This document shows, one piece after another, positions 38,188 to 46,792 of a stretch of DNA of 64,000 nucleotides (position 1 is its first letter; every line of letters starts with the position of its first letter). Origin of the DNA: Escherichia phage A73; the sequence record OP778609. The stretch is one strand, 5' to 3'. The position numbers and the translations under genes were made by a program. The notes under the pieces were generated by a model. It was not told where the DNA came from and made no database searches. It saw only the letters and a program-made list of their open reading frames with translations.

Positions 38188-38408
38188 ACTCTTTCTCCTT
38201 TTTCATCAATAACGATTAATGGCTCAATAACTAAAAGGCGCTGCTTCATAAGACTTTTTATAGTCTCATCGATATCAGATAGAAGAATATCTTTTTGACT
38301 TTCTATCCAATTACGTGCTGCCTTTTCTGAAACAAATGCAATACCTTCTTGACCAATATCCCATTCACAGAATACTTTATACACCATCATCTTCTCCCTT
38401 GTCAACAT
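38184..38408 (-). CDS. Hypothetical small protein
   Basis: 74-aa ORF, start overlaps upstream gene. Confidence 0.35.
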   Translation of the reverse strand: MLTREKMMVYKVFCEWDIGQEGIAFVSEKAARNWIESQKDILLSDIDETIKSLMKQRLLVIEPLIVIDEKGERV

Positions 38409-38694
38409 TTTTCGGATTAAGTTTCTTTTCTGCGGCCTTCAAAATAATATCCAGCTTTTCAATTTCCTTATGTAAAGGCTCAGATAATAACTTCTCACCA
38501 AAAAGCCAGAATTTCTTCATGCCTTTCTTAACGCACTTTCCCATAAAGCCCGCGAGGTCTTCTAGTCGCCAAGCAATAAAACTAAATATTGCAGCTAAAA
38601 GGTGAATCAAGGCCAGTAGTAAACGATGCGGGTTTAGTACAGCAAGGCACAGGATCATAAAGATTATTTTAGTAAAACCCCAAATAATTTTCAT
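38377..38694 (-). CDS. Small membrane protein
   Basis: 105 aa; two N-terminal hydrophobic helices, charged C-terminus. Confidence 0.4.
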   Translation of the reverse strand: MKIIWGFTKIIFMILCLAVLNPHRLLLALIHLLAAIFSFIAWRLEDLAGFMGKCVKKGMKKFWLFGEKLLSEPLHKEIEKLDIILKAAEKKLNPKNVDKGEDDGV

Positions 38695-39077
38695 TCGTAA
38701 TTGATCTCCACTTTAACAATTTTACCAGTTTTATCATTGAATACTTCAATGTCATAGTATTCAACAACGCCTTCATCATCAAAAGAACTTTTTTGTTTGC
38801 AAGGTGATACCCAAAAACCGTGGATTACTGCCTCCTCCAGTCCGTCGGTATGTGATACAACACTCAATGTTGGGTAAGGGACCATAATAGGTTTTACCTC
38901 ACCACAACCACACGTACAGCAAAATACTTCATCTTCTTCCAGTTGGTACAGTCGCTTTTCTGGAACAAAGGTCAGATGCGCCAAAGGATATTTAGAGACG
39001 ATGGCATTAATATAAGGTTTTCCTGCCAAGCTGTCAATAAATTCATTAAACTCTTTTCTATTTTTTGATAAGCTCAT
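38691..39077 (-). CDS. Hypothetical Cys-cluster protein
   Basis: 128 aa; CCTCGCG cluster. Confidence 0.4.
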   Translation of the reverse strand: MSLSKNRKEFNEFIDSLAGKPYINAIVSKYPLAHLTFVPEKRLYQLEEDEVFCCTCGCGEVKPIMVPYPTLSVVSHTDGLEEAVIHGFWVSPCKQKSSFDDEGVVEYYDIEVFNDKTGKIVKVEINYE

Positions 39078-39310
39078 CGAGTACCTCCAAAAATATTTAA
39101 AGCTTTAGAATAATCAATGTGACCTGGAACAGTGTGGGCCTCTTGTACAAGGCATTGCCGACAAATACGTGACACAACTGTTGTCTTGATCTCTTCTGTA
39201 TCGTAGAAGCGAGACATTACCTTTGTAACTTGATTGCATTGAGTAATAACAAAATCGTGTTTACAACTTGGTTTGTTTTCTTCAGTTTCTTTCTTTTTAA
39301 AAGGCCACAT
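39074..39310 (-). CDS. Hypothetical small protein, possible zinc ribbon
   Basis: 78 aa; C-x8-C ... CxxC arrangement. Confidence 0.35.
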   Translation of the reverse strand: MWPFKKKETEENKPSCKHDFVITQCNQVTKVMSRFYDTEEIKTTVVSRICRQCLVQEAHTVPGHIDYSKALNIFGGTR

Positions 39311-39318
39311 GGTGACTC

Positions 39319-39501
39319 CTATTCTTCAACTATTTCGTATTCATCTTTCAAGAGCATAAATTGATAGCCCTTGCCCTTATTCGCAATAATAGTACCAGAC
39401 GCGCTCTCTTTTGTCACGAAAAGAATTGAATCTTTTTGGACACCGTAATACTTAAGTTGCTCAAGCAGTTTGGTCTTTGATTCTAAGATTTTGACTTTCA
39501 T
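39319..39501 (-). CDS. Hypothetical small protein
   Basis: 60-aa ORF. Confidence 0.3.
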   Translation of the reverse strand: MKVKILESKTKLLEQLKYYGVQKDSILFVTKESASGTIIANKGKGYQFMLLKDEYEIVEE

Positions 39502-39596
39502 TAGATATCAATTACTACGATTTCAAGCATTGAGTTTTCAACAGCTTCCTTATGTTTTGCTGAGTAAAATTTCATTTAATTATCCTCTCTGCCAGT

Positions 39597-39863
39597 TTAT
39601 AATTTTTCTTTGCCTAAAGTAAGACTAATTTCGAAAGTTTTTGTGATAACTTTATCGTCTTTGTCGAAGAAATCAAATTGGACATAACTCTCGGTCGAAC
39701 TGACAACCAGACCTACAGAGACAGTCCCTTCTGGTACGAGAGCCTTATATTCTTCTTTTAGCACAACGTCGTAAAAATACAACGCTCCACAATAAACTTC
39801 ATCCCAACCATCAAAAGATTCGATGAAAGCTTTTTCAATACCAACTAAAGTATTTTCTGACAT
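39597..39863 (-). CDS. Hypothetical small acidic protein
   Basis: 88-aa ORF. Confidence 0.35.
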   Translation of the reverse strand: MSENTLVGIEKAFIESFDGWDEVYCGALYFYDVVLKEEYKALVPEGTVSVGLVVSSTESYVQFDFFDKDDKVITKTFEISLTLGKEKL

Positions 39864-39886
39864 TATATTATCCTCTTCGTTTCAAG

Positions 39887-40153
39887 TTAGATATAGTCTA
39901 CACCAGCTTGTTCCAACAAGTCAAGCCTTAATTTAAGTTCTTTTTCACGATAGTCGGAAACAAGTTTATCCTTTTTCTTTTCTTCTTCGTCGAACTGTTC
40001 GAGTGGAAGAATACGAATAATGTGCTCTGCCTTCATGTAGGACGTTGATCCGATAAGCTGAACATTACCATTTGGTAACAATCGACCCTTGATCACCCGA
40101 TAACGAGGGAACAAGTCATATTTAACAATCGCGGTAACTGCTAGATTACTCAT
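39887..40153 (-). CDS. Hypothetical small protein
   Basis: 88-aa ORF. Confidence 0.35.
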   Translation of the reverse strand: MSNLAVTAIVKYDLFPRYRVIKGRLLPNGNVQLIGSTSYMKAEHIIRILPLEQFDEEEKKKDKLVSDYREKELKLRLDLLEQAGVDYI

Positions 40154-40472
40154 GTGTATTCTCCATATCGCGAATTCGATCTTCTACCCAACCACGACGA
40201 TAAATGTTGAGGTAAGATTTACCTTTTGAACCATGATGGGCATATTCGTCAAAATCAAAATCAAAAGGCGTCTCGGTGTTAAGACCCGCATCAAAGAATT
40301 GATTCTTCATTTCGAATTGCACTTTCATGTCTGGATCATTTTTACCTAAAAATGAAGACAAATTAAAACAAAGGCCAGCACCTCGGTAAAAAGCCCCATC
40401 TTTTGGTGCACCGATATCTAACCATTTTTTATATTCTCGGTAGAAATTCAGAAGTTGCGGACTGCTTTTCAT
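40146..40472 (-). CDS. Hypothetical protein, paralog family B (copy 1)
   Basis: Start set at MKSSPQLL behind GAGGAG RBS (ORF track 40523 extends through an inverted repeat); shares FY..Y..WLD.GAP...GLC..L...DAGL...PFD with ORF 49858-50154. Confidence 0.45.
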   Translation of the reverse strand: MKSSPQLLNFYREYKKWLDIGAPKDGAFYRGAGLCFNLSSFLGKNDPDMKVQFEMKNQFFDAGLNTETPFDFDFDEYAHHGSKGKSYLNIYRRGWVEDRIRDMENTHE

Positions 40473-40491
40473 TTTGTTCTCCTCATTTGTT

Positions 40492-40523
40492 TTGATAGGA
40501 CTACTATAACATAGTCCTATCAA
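40492..40523 (-). promoter_or_regulatory. Perfect 11-bp inverted repeat upstream of family-B gene
   Basis: TTGATAGGACT-N10-AGTCCTATCAA, 20-51 nt upstream of the start codon; candidate operator or 5'-UTR hairpin. Confidence 0.4.
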
Positions 40524-40605
40524 CTTGTATACTATTTAATTAAAGATTTTATGAATGCTTGGTAGGACCCTTCTTTAAATACTCATCTGGATAATAAAAA
40601 TCATC

Positions 40606-40983
40606 CTATACTCCAAATGTGGATTTGATTTCAGCAATAACCTCATGCACATTGTTTTCGTTTACTTCAAATGTGTAGGACGTTGGTTTAAGGAACGTCT
40701 GAGGTGAAACATTAACAAAGAATTCAAATTCATCATTAAAAATTTCAAAGTATTTTCCAGGTGTTGATTCTTGGCTTTTGAAAACAGTACCATCTTCCAT
40801 AGTAACAGAAGAAACAGATTTTTCACCAAGGGTGTATGTTTTTAGCTCGTCAACAACGAAACTGGGGCCGTGGCGACGGAGTATTTCAACCATAGTTCGG
40901 TTAGCTCCACAAATACCAGTACGATTAATAAATAACTCTTCACACCGAGGATTGAGAATATAAGTTTTTCCTACTTGCATCAT
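40606..40983 (-). CDS. Acidic small protein, paralog family A (copy 3 in transcript order)
   Basis: 125 aa; shares M.[VI]GKTY.LN...HGP.F[IV]V...YFE...EF.FF...SNA.E[VT][IL].[LE]IK[SA]TF with the two adjacent ORFs. Confidence 0.5.
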   Translation of the reverse strand: MMQVGKTYILNPRCEELFINRTGICGANRTMVEILRRHGPSFVVDELKTYTLGEKSVSSVTMEDGTVFKSQESTPGKYFEIFNDEFEFFVNVSPQTFLKPTSYTFEVNENNVHEVIAEIKSTFGV

Positions 40984-40993
40984 TACAATCTCC

Positions 40994-41353
40994 TTATGCT
41001 AAGTTAAATGTGGATTTGATCAGGTCAATAACCTCTTGTGCGTTGCTCTCCGACACAGATACCTGAATAATTTTAAGGTCGCTGACCTCTTCAAAGTATT
41101 CGAACTCAGATTCACGAAGTTCAAAGTACATTGCCCCACAGCCCACACTGAATGAATCACACCCTACAGCACCATCTTCTGTTGTGATGTTATTAACATA
41201 CTCATCACCTTCGATCATGCTCATGTTGTTAACAATAAATCGTGGCCCGTGCTCATCCAGAAAAGAAACAATCTCGTGATTGTAACTTGGGTCAGCCTGA
41301 ATAAATTCTTCTACGAGTTTTGGATTAAGTTTATAAGTTTTTCCGACTTCCAT
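40994..41353 (-). CDS. Acidic small protein, paralog family A (copy 2)
   Basis: 119 aa; same motif set; own RBS. Confidence 0.5.
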   Translation of the reverse strand: MEVGKTYKLNPKLVEEFIQADPSYNHEIVSFLDEHGPRFIVNNMSMIEGDEYVNNITTEDGAVGCDSFSVGCGAMYFELRESEFEYFEEVSDLKIIQVSVSESNAQEVIDLIKSTFNLA

Positions 41354-41364
41354 CTTTGTTCTCC

Positions 41365-41739
41365 TTACGCCAGGTTAAAGGTAGCTTTAATCAAATCTAA
41401 AGTTTCTTGTGCATTACTACGAGAGACGGCAACCTGAATAATAACAGGGTCTTCATCTTCCCCGACTTCTTTGAAGAAGGGAAATTCACTCTCTGCAAGT
41501 TCAAAGTATACACACTTGTTACCTTCGCAGTCGTGAAAAACGTCACTACCTAAAGTACCATCTTCAAATATGACATTGTTAACATATGCAACATTATCAT
41601 AGAAGTGGGTGGTGTTGACAACAAATTTAGGACCGTGCTTATAAATAAGGTCAACCAATTCTTGATTGTAGCTAGGGTCCATATTGATAAAAGCTTTTTC
41701 TAAGTCTTTATTAAGAATGTAAGTTTTTCCGATTTCCAT
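41365..41739 (-). CDS. Acidic small protein, paralog family A (copy 1)
   Basis: Start at MEIGKTY behind GAGGAGAG RBS (ORF track 41826 runs through promoter and terminator). Confidence 0.5.
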   Translation of the reverse strand: MEIGKTYILNKDLEKAFINMDPSYNQELVDLIYKHGPKFVVNTTHFYDNVAYVNNVIFEDGTLGSDVFHDCEGNKCVYFELAESEFPFFKEVGEDEDPVIIQVAVSRSNAQETLDLIKATFNLA

Positions 41740-41768
41740 CTTTGCTCTCCTCTTCAGTTGATGGATAC

Positions 41769-41798
41769 ATCTTAGTTGATATAGACATGTCTTGTCAA
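41769..41798 (-). promoter_or_regulatory. Sigma70-like promoter with palindromic spacer element
   Basis: On - strand TTGACA-N18-TAAGAT; spacer contains perfect 10-bp palindrome AGACATGTCT (41783-41792); ~30 nt upstream of the copy-1 start. Confidence 0.5.
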
Positions 41799-41819
41799 TA
41801 ACTTTTTGCACATAAAAGA

Positions 41820-41842
41820 AAACCACCCTTCGGGGTGGTTTA
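41820..41842 (-). terminator. Rho-independent terminator after DNA polymerase exon 2
   Basis: On - strand AAACCACCCcgaaGGGTGGTTTtcttttatg: 9-bp stem plus T-run. Confidence 0.7.
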
Positions 41843-41847
41843 AATTA

Positions 41848-42198
41848 CTAGTGGCACGCCCCCCAGTTCATCCCTGTGAGGTATTCACCTGTTATGTGGA
41901 CAGGAGATTTCATCATTCGTGCTGCTTGCTCTACACAACGAACAACCATCTCTCCAACTGGACAATACATGATCGTGTAGATTCCATTCTCATCAGGATC
42001 ACACTTAAACTTCCCTTCTTTCACACAATGACCATCCAAGATCATTTTCTTAGCCAAGCAAGCTTCTACAAATTTCTTCGCGTCAGCTTCGTTGTCAAAG
42101 GTCCAGGTCTTCTTGAACTTGTGCGGTACTTCAAGCTGGTATTCATCCAAAAGTTTAACGAGGTCGTTACTCTCGCCCACATCATTACATGTTGCCAT
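41848..42198 (-). CDS. DNA polymerase (family A, T7-type), 3' exon
   Basis: 116-aa ORF ending ...GMNWGACH, like the family-A C-terminus; contains LLDEYQLEV, a candidate motif C. Frame is closed 2 codons upstream of the ATG; true exon start is probably near 42180. Confidence 0.65.
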   Translation of the reverse strand: MATCNDVGESNDLVKLLDEYQLEVPHKFKKTWTFDNEADAKKFVEACLAKKMILDGHCVKEGKFKCDPDENGIYTIMYCPVGEMVVRCVEQAARMMKSPVHITGEYLTGMNWGACH

Positions 42199-42954
42199 AC
42201 GTTTTCACATATGGATCGGACTATATCACCATCCTTTTCAGGATGCTCCCCATTTCGACGGCACTTGCTCGCCTACGCCTCTCGGCTAGTCTCTGAACGT
42301 TAGGACCATGTGTAGTCACAAGAGATGTGTGTCCAGTTTTTACGGATTTTTATGGACCTTACCACGTTGTAAGGATAACCCATATCCCGAATCTGTGCAC
42401 TTCCATAACCTTGCCCCAGGAAGTTGCAAATCTCTCTAACCTCTTCTTCGGTAACTATACTTCTGGCGTTATCAACCCCTGTTGCTGAACGACATTTATC
42501 AGCAAAGGTTTTCTTGATATTTCCACCACGAGTTGTCCATTGGAGGTTTGAATAGTGGTTATTCCTTTTGTCAGGCCACTTATGATCAACCTCCGGCAAA
42601 CCTTCAGGGTTTGGTACAAAACACTCTGCCACCAAAACGTGAACAGCCTTTGTAGTCGTCCTTTTGTTGAGATACAGACTTACAATAAGATACCCACGTC
42701 CATTATCAACTGCCGCCATTGGTTTCCCTCGACGACCTATAATGGTCCCGTCTTCATAAACCTTGTAACCGAAATAATCTTTATATTCCACATGATCCTC
42801 TTCGCTGCTGATTAACATAGTCTCATACTAACTCACACTTGAATTAATATCAACCTTAGTCTTCCAGCAATTAAAGGAGTTTTCGATGTGAGTTACCTCA
42901 CAAAGCCACAATGTTACTTATGGTAATAGATAATACGTCTAACGCCTTCATCAT
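42180..42954 (-). mobile_element. Group I intron with HNH homing endonuclease ORF (boundaries approximate)
   Basis: On the - strand RNA, in order: P-like AAUUGCUGGAAG (42861-42872), Q-like AAUCAGCAGC (42804-42813), HNH ORF, R-like GUUCAGAGACUAG (42286-42298), S-like GAUAUAGUCC (42218-42227). P/Q and R/S cores are complementary. Confidence 0.7.
42300..42818 (-). CDS. HNH homing endonuclease (intron-encoded)
   Basis: 172 aa; NUMOD4-like N-terminus (YFGYKVYEDGTIIGRRGK...GYLIVSL) and HNH_3-like core (KAVHVLVAECF...VDHKWPDKRNNHYSNLQWTTRGGN). Confidence 0.8.
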   Translation of the reverse strand: MLISSEEDHVEYKDYFGYKVYEDGTIIGRRGKPMAAVDNGRGYLIVSLYLNKRTTTKAVHVLVAECFVPNPEGLPEVDHKWPDKRNNHYSNLQWTTRGGNIKKTFADKCRSATGVDNARSIVTEEEVREICNFLGQGYGSAQIRDMGYPYNVVRSIKIRKNWTHISCDYTWS

Positions 42955-45250
42955 ACCAACCTTTCTTGACCAACTGCCAGTGCAGGAGGATACCCACCAA
43001 GTCAAACAGTGCAGCACCACCATTCTGCTGATAAGCATTAAGCAATGAGTGTTTGGAACGAGTGTAGATCTTACGTCCATCAAGACCGTAGATGAATCGC
43101 TTACCGTTAGCTTCCCAAAACTTCTCTAATGCTTCTTTACGACCTTTCAAGCCGATGTTGCTATCCCAGAATGCGTCGATTACTGCCTGGGCCTTCTCAA
43201 GAGTGATCCCCAGCATTGATGCAATCTTCGCTGCCTGTGCCCCGTACATAATTCCGTATGTCACACCTTTACCTTCACCACGAGAAACCTTCTTCCCTGC
43301 CGCTTTGGTATACGCTTCTGCGTTTCGGGAGTGAGCATCTCCAGATTCCATGATACGAAGATAAGCACCGCCATCGAAATCATAAGCGCCCCATGCTGCG
43401 ATCATACCTTCTAGGTTTGAACCGTCGATACCTACCTGATATTTACCCTCAGAGGCTCTGAATAGTTCACGCATCTCTTTACCGAGAAGAACTTTCTCAT
43501 CCGGCTTAGGTACGTTTGCTACGATCGTATGCTTACGACGACCTGTGTTAGTTATTCCACTATAACGGGCCGGAAGTTTACCGTCAACTCGTAGACGTGG
43601 ATGGTTAAGCCATCCGGTATCAACCTTCTCTTCTTTCAGCGGGTCAAGAACAGATCGTCGGTTACGTAAAGACAGCCATTTAACAATCTGTTTAGCCATT
43701 TCACCATCTACTCGCTCAAGGTTAGGGCAAAGACCCTGTTGATCCTTAAGTTGTGGAGATGTAGGTAATGCACGAGCTTTCTTACGGAAAAACTTGAACA
43801 TCTTTTCTTTATCTGACCACTGCTTAGGTGTGATCGCCAAGCTTTTCAGAATCAGATCACGATACTCCGTCTGATCCAAATCTTCAATGTATTGACGAAC
43901 AATCAGATCAACTTCACTATCGGGACGTTGTTTCTTGAACTGATCTTTAGTTGCATCCTTTGTACGCCAAATTGTTGGGACCCATCCTGCATCACGGATC
44001 AGGAACTTCTTAACGTCGTCCTGGTTACCAATACGCATCGGAATCATAATGTCCGGCATCTTTTGTTCTTTGATATCCATCAAAGCACGAGCCATATCTT
44101 CCGGCGGCAAAGGAACAAGCCCTTGCTGCTTAACGTTTTGTGCACGGATAAAATCACCCATTTTGGATTCGTCCTCTACACCGTGTTCAACACAATACTT
44201 GATCGCGGCAGCAGTAAGAGATCCGTCAGCCTTAAACGGCTTACTTGGTGCACCTTTAAATTCCAAGGCTTCCCAATTGATATTATAACCTAACTTCTCT
44301 AACCATTTCCAACCTGTACCGGAAAGAGATCCATCACCCTTGAAAGGTTTGGATGGGAATGTCGGTTGTGCTGATTTCGACATCTCTTTCTTCGGCAACT
44401 TAGGTTCAACCTCTAACTCAATGTCAGTCATCATCTTATCGATACGATCACGAAGCTTGAGTGCTTTTTCTTCATCAAATGAAACACCCTGAATTTCTTG
44501 CTCAATCATCAGGTAGTCAGTCAACATACCTCGACGCAGGGCATTCTTCCAGTTGATCATTTTATACTTCTTCTGATCTTTGTCTGTTTCATCCTTAAAC
44601 ATGAAGCGTTTATCATCCGGCATGGATTCACAGGAGATCTCTTTCATCAGAGCATCCCACACCATTTCGTTGATAATTACGTCTTCAATAATACGATCGC
44701 AATACTTCCAAAGTGGAAGGCCACGCCAATCTTCAATCGCCACTTTCTGGTTAGCTACTCGCATACCCCAAGCTTCAAGCCCGTGTGGCCCTACAGGCTT
44801 CATTTTACCTGTGACGGGGTTCTTTACCATCTCAGGACAACCGCGAGGCAGAGGGCGATCTGGATACAATGTACGGGACATTGAAAGTGTATCGAAGATG
44901 GTTACTTGTTTACCATTGATCGTCCCCATGCAACCAGGGTCTGCAAACATATCGTAAGTTGTTCCTAGCATCTTCTTAAACAACTGGAGGTCATAGCCGA
45001 AGATGTTGTGGATAGCAACTGCTTTAGGCTCGGTAACGAACCATTCGTTTAATTCTTCAAGGGTGCGGATCTTGAAGTTTTTACCTTTAGATTGGATAAA
45101 TTTAACAGCTTGATCGTAACCTTCTCGCTGTGGATCAAGAAAGATGTTCCAGTTATCTTTTTTGTACTCTTTAAACAAGATGCAGTGGATTAGATCAACT
45201 TCTGTCAACAGACCATTAGCTTCCGCATCTCCAATAAATAAGCCTTTCAT
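42914..45250 (-). CDS. DNA polymerase (family A, T7-type), 5' exon with 3'-5' exonuclease domain
   Basis: 778 aa; Exo I-like FIGDAEANGL, HGLEAWG segment, motif A-like QVGIDGSNLEGMIAAW, motif B-like RGEGKGVTYGIMYGAQAAK, GRKIY...NGGAALFDL; stops just before the expected motif C. Confidence 0.85.
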   Translation of the reverse strand: MKGLFIGDAEANGLLTEVDLIHCILFKEYKKDNWNIFLDPQREGYDQAVKFIQSKGKNFKIRTLEELNEWFVTEPKAVAIHNIFGYDLQLFKKMLGTTYDMFADPGCMGTINGKQVTIFDTLSMSRTLYPDRPLPRGCPEMVKNPVTGKMKPVGPHGLEAWGMRVANQKVAIEDWRGLPLWKYCDRIIEDVIINEMVWDALMKEISCESMPDDKRFMFKDETDKDQKKYKMINWKNALRRGMLTDYLMIEQEIQGVSFDEEKALKLRDRIDKMMTDIELEVEPKLPKKEMSKSAQPTFPSKPFKGDGSLSGTGWKWLEKLGYNINWEALEFKGAPSKPFKADGSLTAAAIKYCVEHGVEDESKMGDFIRAQNVKQQGLVPLPPEDMARALMDIKEQKMPDIMIPMRIGNQDDVKKFLIRDAGWVPTIWRTKDATKDQFKKQRPDSEVDLIVRQYIEDLDQTEYRDLILKSLAITPKQWSDKEKMFKFFRKKARALPTSPQLKDQQGLCPNLERVDGEMAKQIVKWLSLRNRRSVLDPLKEEKVDTGWLNHPRLRVDGKLPARYSGITNTGRRKHTIVANVPKPDEKVLLGKEMRELFRASEGKYQVGIDGSNLEGMIAAWGAYDFDGGAYLRIMESGDAHSRNAEAYTKAAGKKVSRGEGKGVTYGIMYGAQAAKIASMLGITLEKAQAVIDAFWDSNIGLKGRKEALEKFWEANGKRFIYGLDGRKIYTRSKHSLLNAYQQNGGAALFDLVGILLHWQLVKKGWYDEGVRRIIYYHK

Positions 45251-45416
45251 TTTTTCTCCTTCTTTTAAACTCCAACTAGACTAAAACAAAGCCTAGCCGG
45301 AGGTATGACCCTTCGGCTAGGTTATCAAAAGTGTCGGTATCCTTCATCAACAAAATAAAGTATTACCAAGATGGCAAACACGACACCCAAGAATATTAAT
45401 CCTAGTGAAGTTGGCA

Positions 45417-45650
45417 TCAGTCTTCTATTACCTCAAATTCATCATTAAAAGCTACGATAGTTTCACCGTAGCCCATGTTTAATCGGGCAGTTGTAGGTTT
45501 GCCATTCCTAGATAGATAGTACACCCTCGCTTCGTAAATGTCACCAACTTTTACACCGTAAGCCTGTAGGTCTTTGTTATTGATATCTTTATTTTCAGCA
45601 TTGATTATTCGAACACTGCTGATCTCTGAGTATACAGAATTATCTTTCAT
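45417..45650 (-). CDS. Hypothetical small protein
   Basis: Start set at MKDNSVYSE (45650), adjacent to the upstream stop; ORF track extends to 45692. Confidence 0.35.
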   Translation of the reverse strand: MKDNSVYSEISSVRIINAENKDINNKDLQAYGVKVGDIYEARVYYLSRNGKPTTARLNMGYGETIVAFNDEFEVIED

Positions 45651-45940
45651 CAGTATTTTTCCTCTGGACGGAAAACTCCACGGCAAGCCCACATACTTGC
45701 TTCTTTGAGGCGATCTTTAGCCTTAGATAAGCAATCAGATGCAAAAAGCACGGAATCTAGATCCCCTTCGGGAATCGAAGAGTCATTAGCCAGTCGATTA
45801 TATTCCTCAATAATCTCGTCTTCTAATGCTTTTAAAATAAGACCTAAACGAATTTCAGCATCTTTAATGGCATTCACCTTACCGATTTTTTCATCGGTGT
45901 GTGGTTTGTAGCCCTTAATGTCATCAATAGCCATTACCAA
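45650..45940 (-). CDS. Hypothetical protein
   Basis: 96-aa ORF. Confidence 0.4.
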   Translation of the reverse strand: MVMAIDDIKGYKPHTDEKIGKVNAIKDAEIRLGLILKALEDEIIEEYNRLANDSSIPEGDLDSVLFASDCLSKAKDRLKEASMWACRGVFRPEEKY

Positions 45941-46422
45941 TCCTCTTCTGTTTGTTCATACTCGGAAGGGGTGATGAAGTAATTCTGCCCCCGCTTGCAC
46001 TGGTTGAAAGTCCCAACATACCAAGTACCGATATCCATGTTGATGAAAGTTTCTTCTTGAACAAAGATCAGATCAGTAAGATTATTGTCTGATCGTTGGG
46101 TCGCTAACAAAATATGCTCAAAATCTGCTAATGTTATGTTGTAACAGAAACCATCTTCGTCCTCCATAACTGCAACAACAGAGCTACGCCCTTGGGTGAA
46201 TTGACGAAACTGTAAACGTAAATGACGATGTTCATGTTCATTCGTCTTCACCTTTTTCCGATTTTCGAAATATTCTTCGGAATAATTTGGATGCTTTAAT
46301 TTCAGCTTTTCGATCTCTTCGGTAGAAAGAGCATCCTTATCCCAACCAGTAAACCATTTACCGTTATCATTAAATACCGCAGGGTATTTACGCTTACTCA
46401 AATCTTTAAACATTTGAATCAT
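45934..46422 (-). CDS. Hypothetical protein
   Basis: 162-aa ORF. Confidence 0.4.
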   Translation of the reverse strand: MIQMFKDLSKRKYPAVFNDNGKWFTGWDKDALSTEEIEKLKLKHPNYSEEYFENRKKVKTNEHEHRHLRLQFRQFTQGRSSVVAVMEDEDGFCYNITLADFEHILLATQRSDNNLTDLIFVQEETFINMDIGTWYVGTFNQCKRGQNYFITPSEYEQTEEDW

Positions 46423-46792
46423 CTCCTTCAGCTAGGCTACGAATATACTTGAAAATTTCTTCATGATCATTACCAAATGCAACATATCCCTTTTCAGCAT
46501 CAAGTCCATAATTATGCTCTATTTTCTCTAAAAAGCAATTTCCGTAAGTAATTTTTTCAACCAGGGGATCGGATTCTGAAAAACCCAACCCAAAAGCTTT
46601 CCAGTGCTCACGTTTAAGCTCCACGTATTCCCACGGTTTATCTCCATCGTGGAATAACACAAGGGTGTCTTGATCTTTCTTTTCTACATTGACATGACCA
46701 TAAAATCCACTGGGCGATTTGTTAAATTTCATAATCTTCTCCGTAAATATCTTTAATTTTTGAACTGAGGTATCCAGGATCGCAGCCATCAT
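46406..46792 (-). CDS. Hypothetical protein
   Basis: 128-aa ORF; true start may be the internal Met at 46732. Confidence 0.35.
   Translation of the reverse strand: MMAAILDTSVQKLKIFTEKIMKFNKSPSGFYGHVNVEKKDQDTLVLFHDGDKPWEYVELKREHWKAFGLGFSESDPLVEKITYGNCFLEKIEHNYGLDAEKGYVAFGNDHEEIFKYIRSLAEGDDSNV

Noticed and set aside
41806-42303. 165-aa + strand ORF overlapping the intron and polymerase 3' exon.
   Set aside because: It runs antisense to the intron core and polymerase exon 2, and spans the - strand terminator and promoter; no RBS; considered spurious.
42914-45250. DNA polymerase ending without motif C read as a truncated pseudogene.
   Set aside because: The missing C-terminal part is present as a downstream ORF, and the intervening sequence has group I intron core elements plus an HNH ORF, so an interrupted but functional gene is the better explanation.
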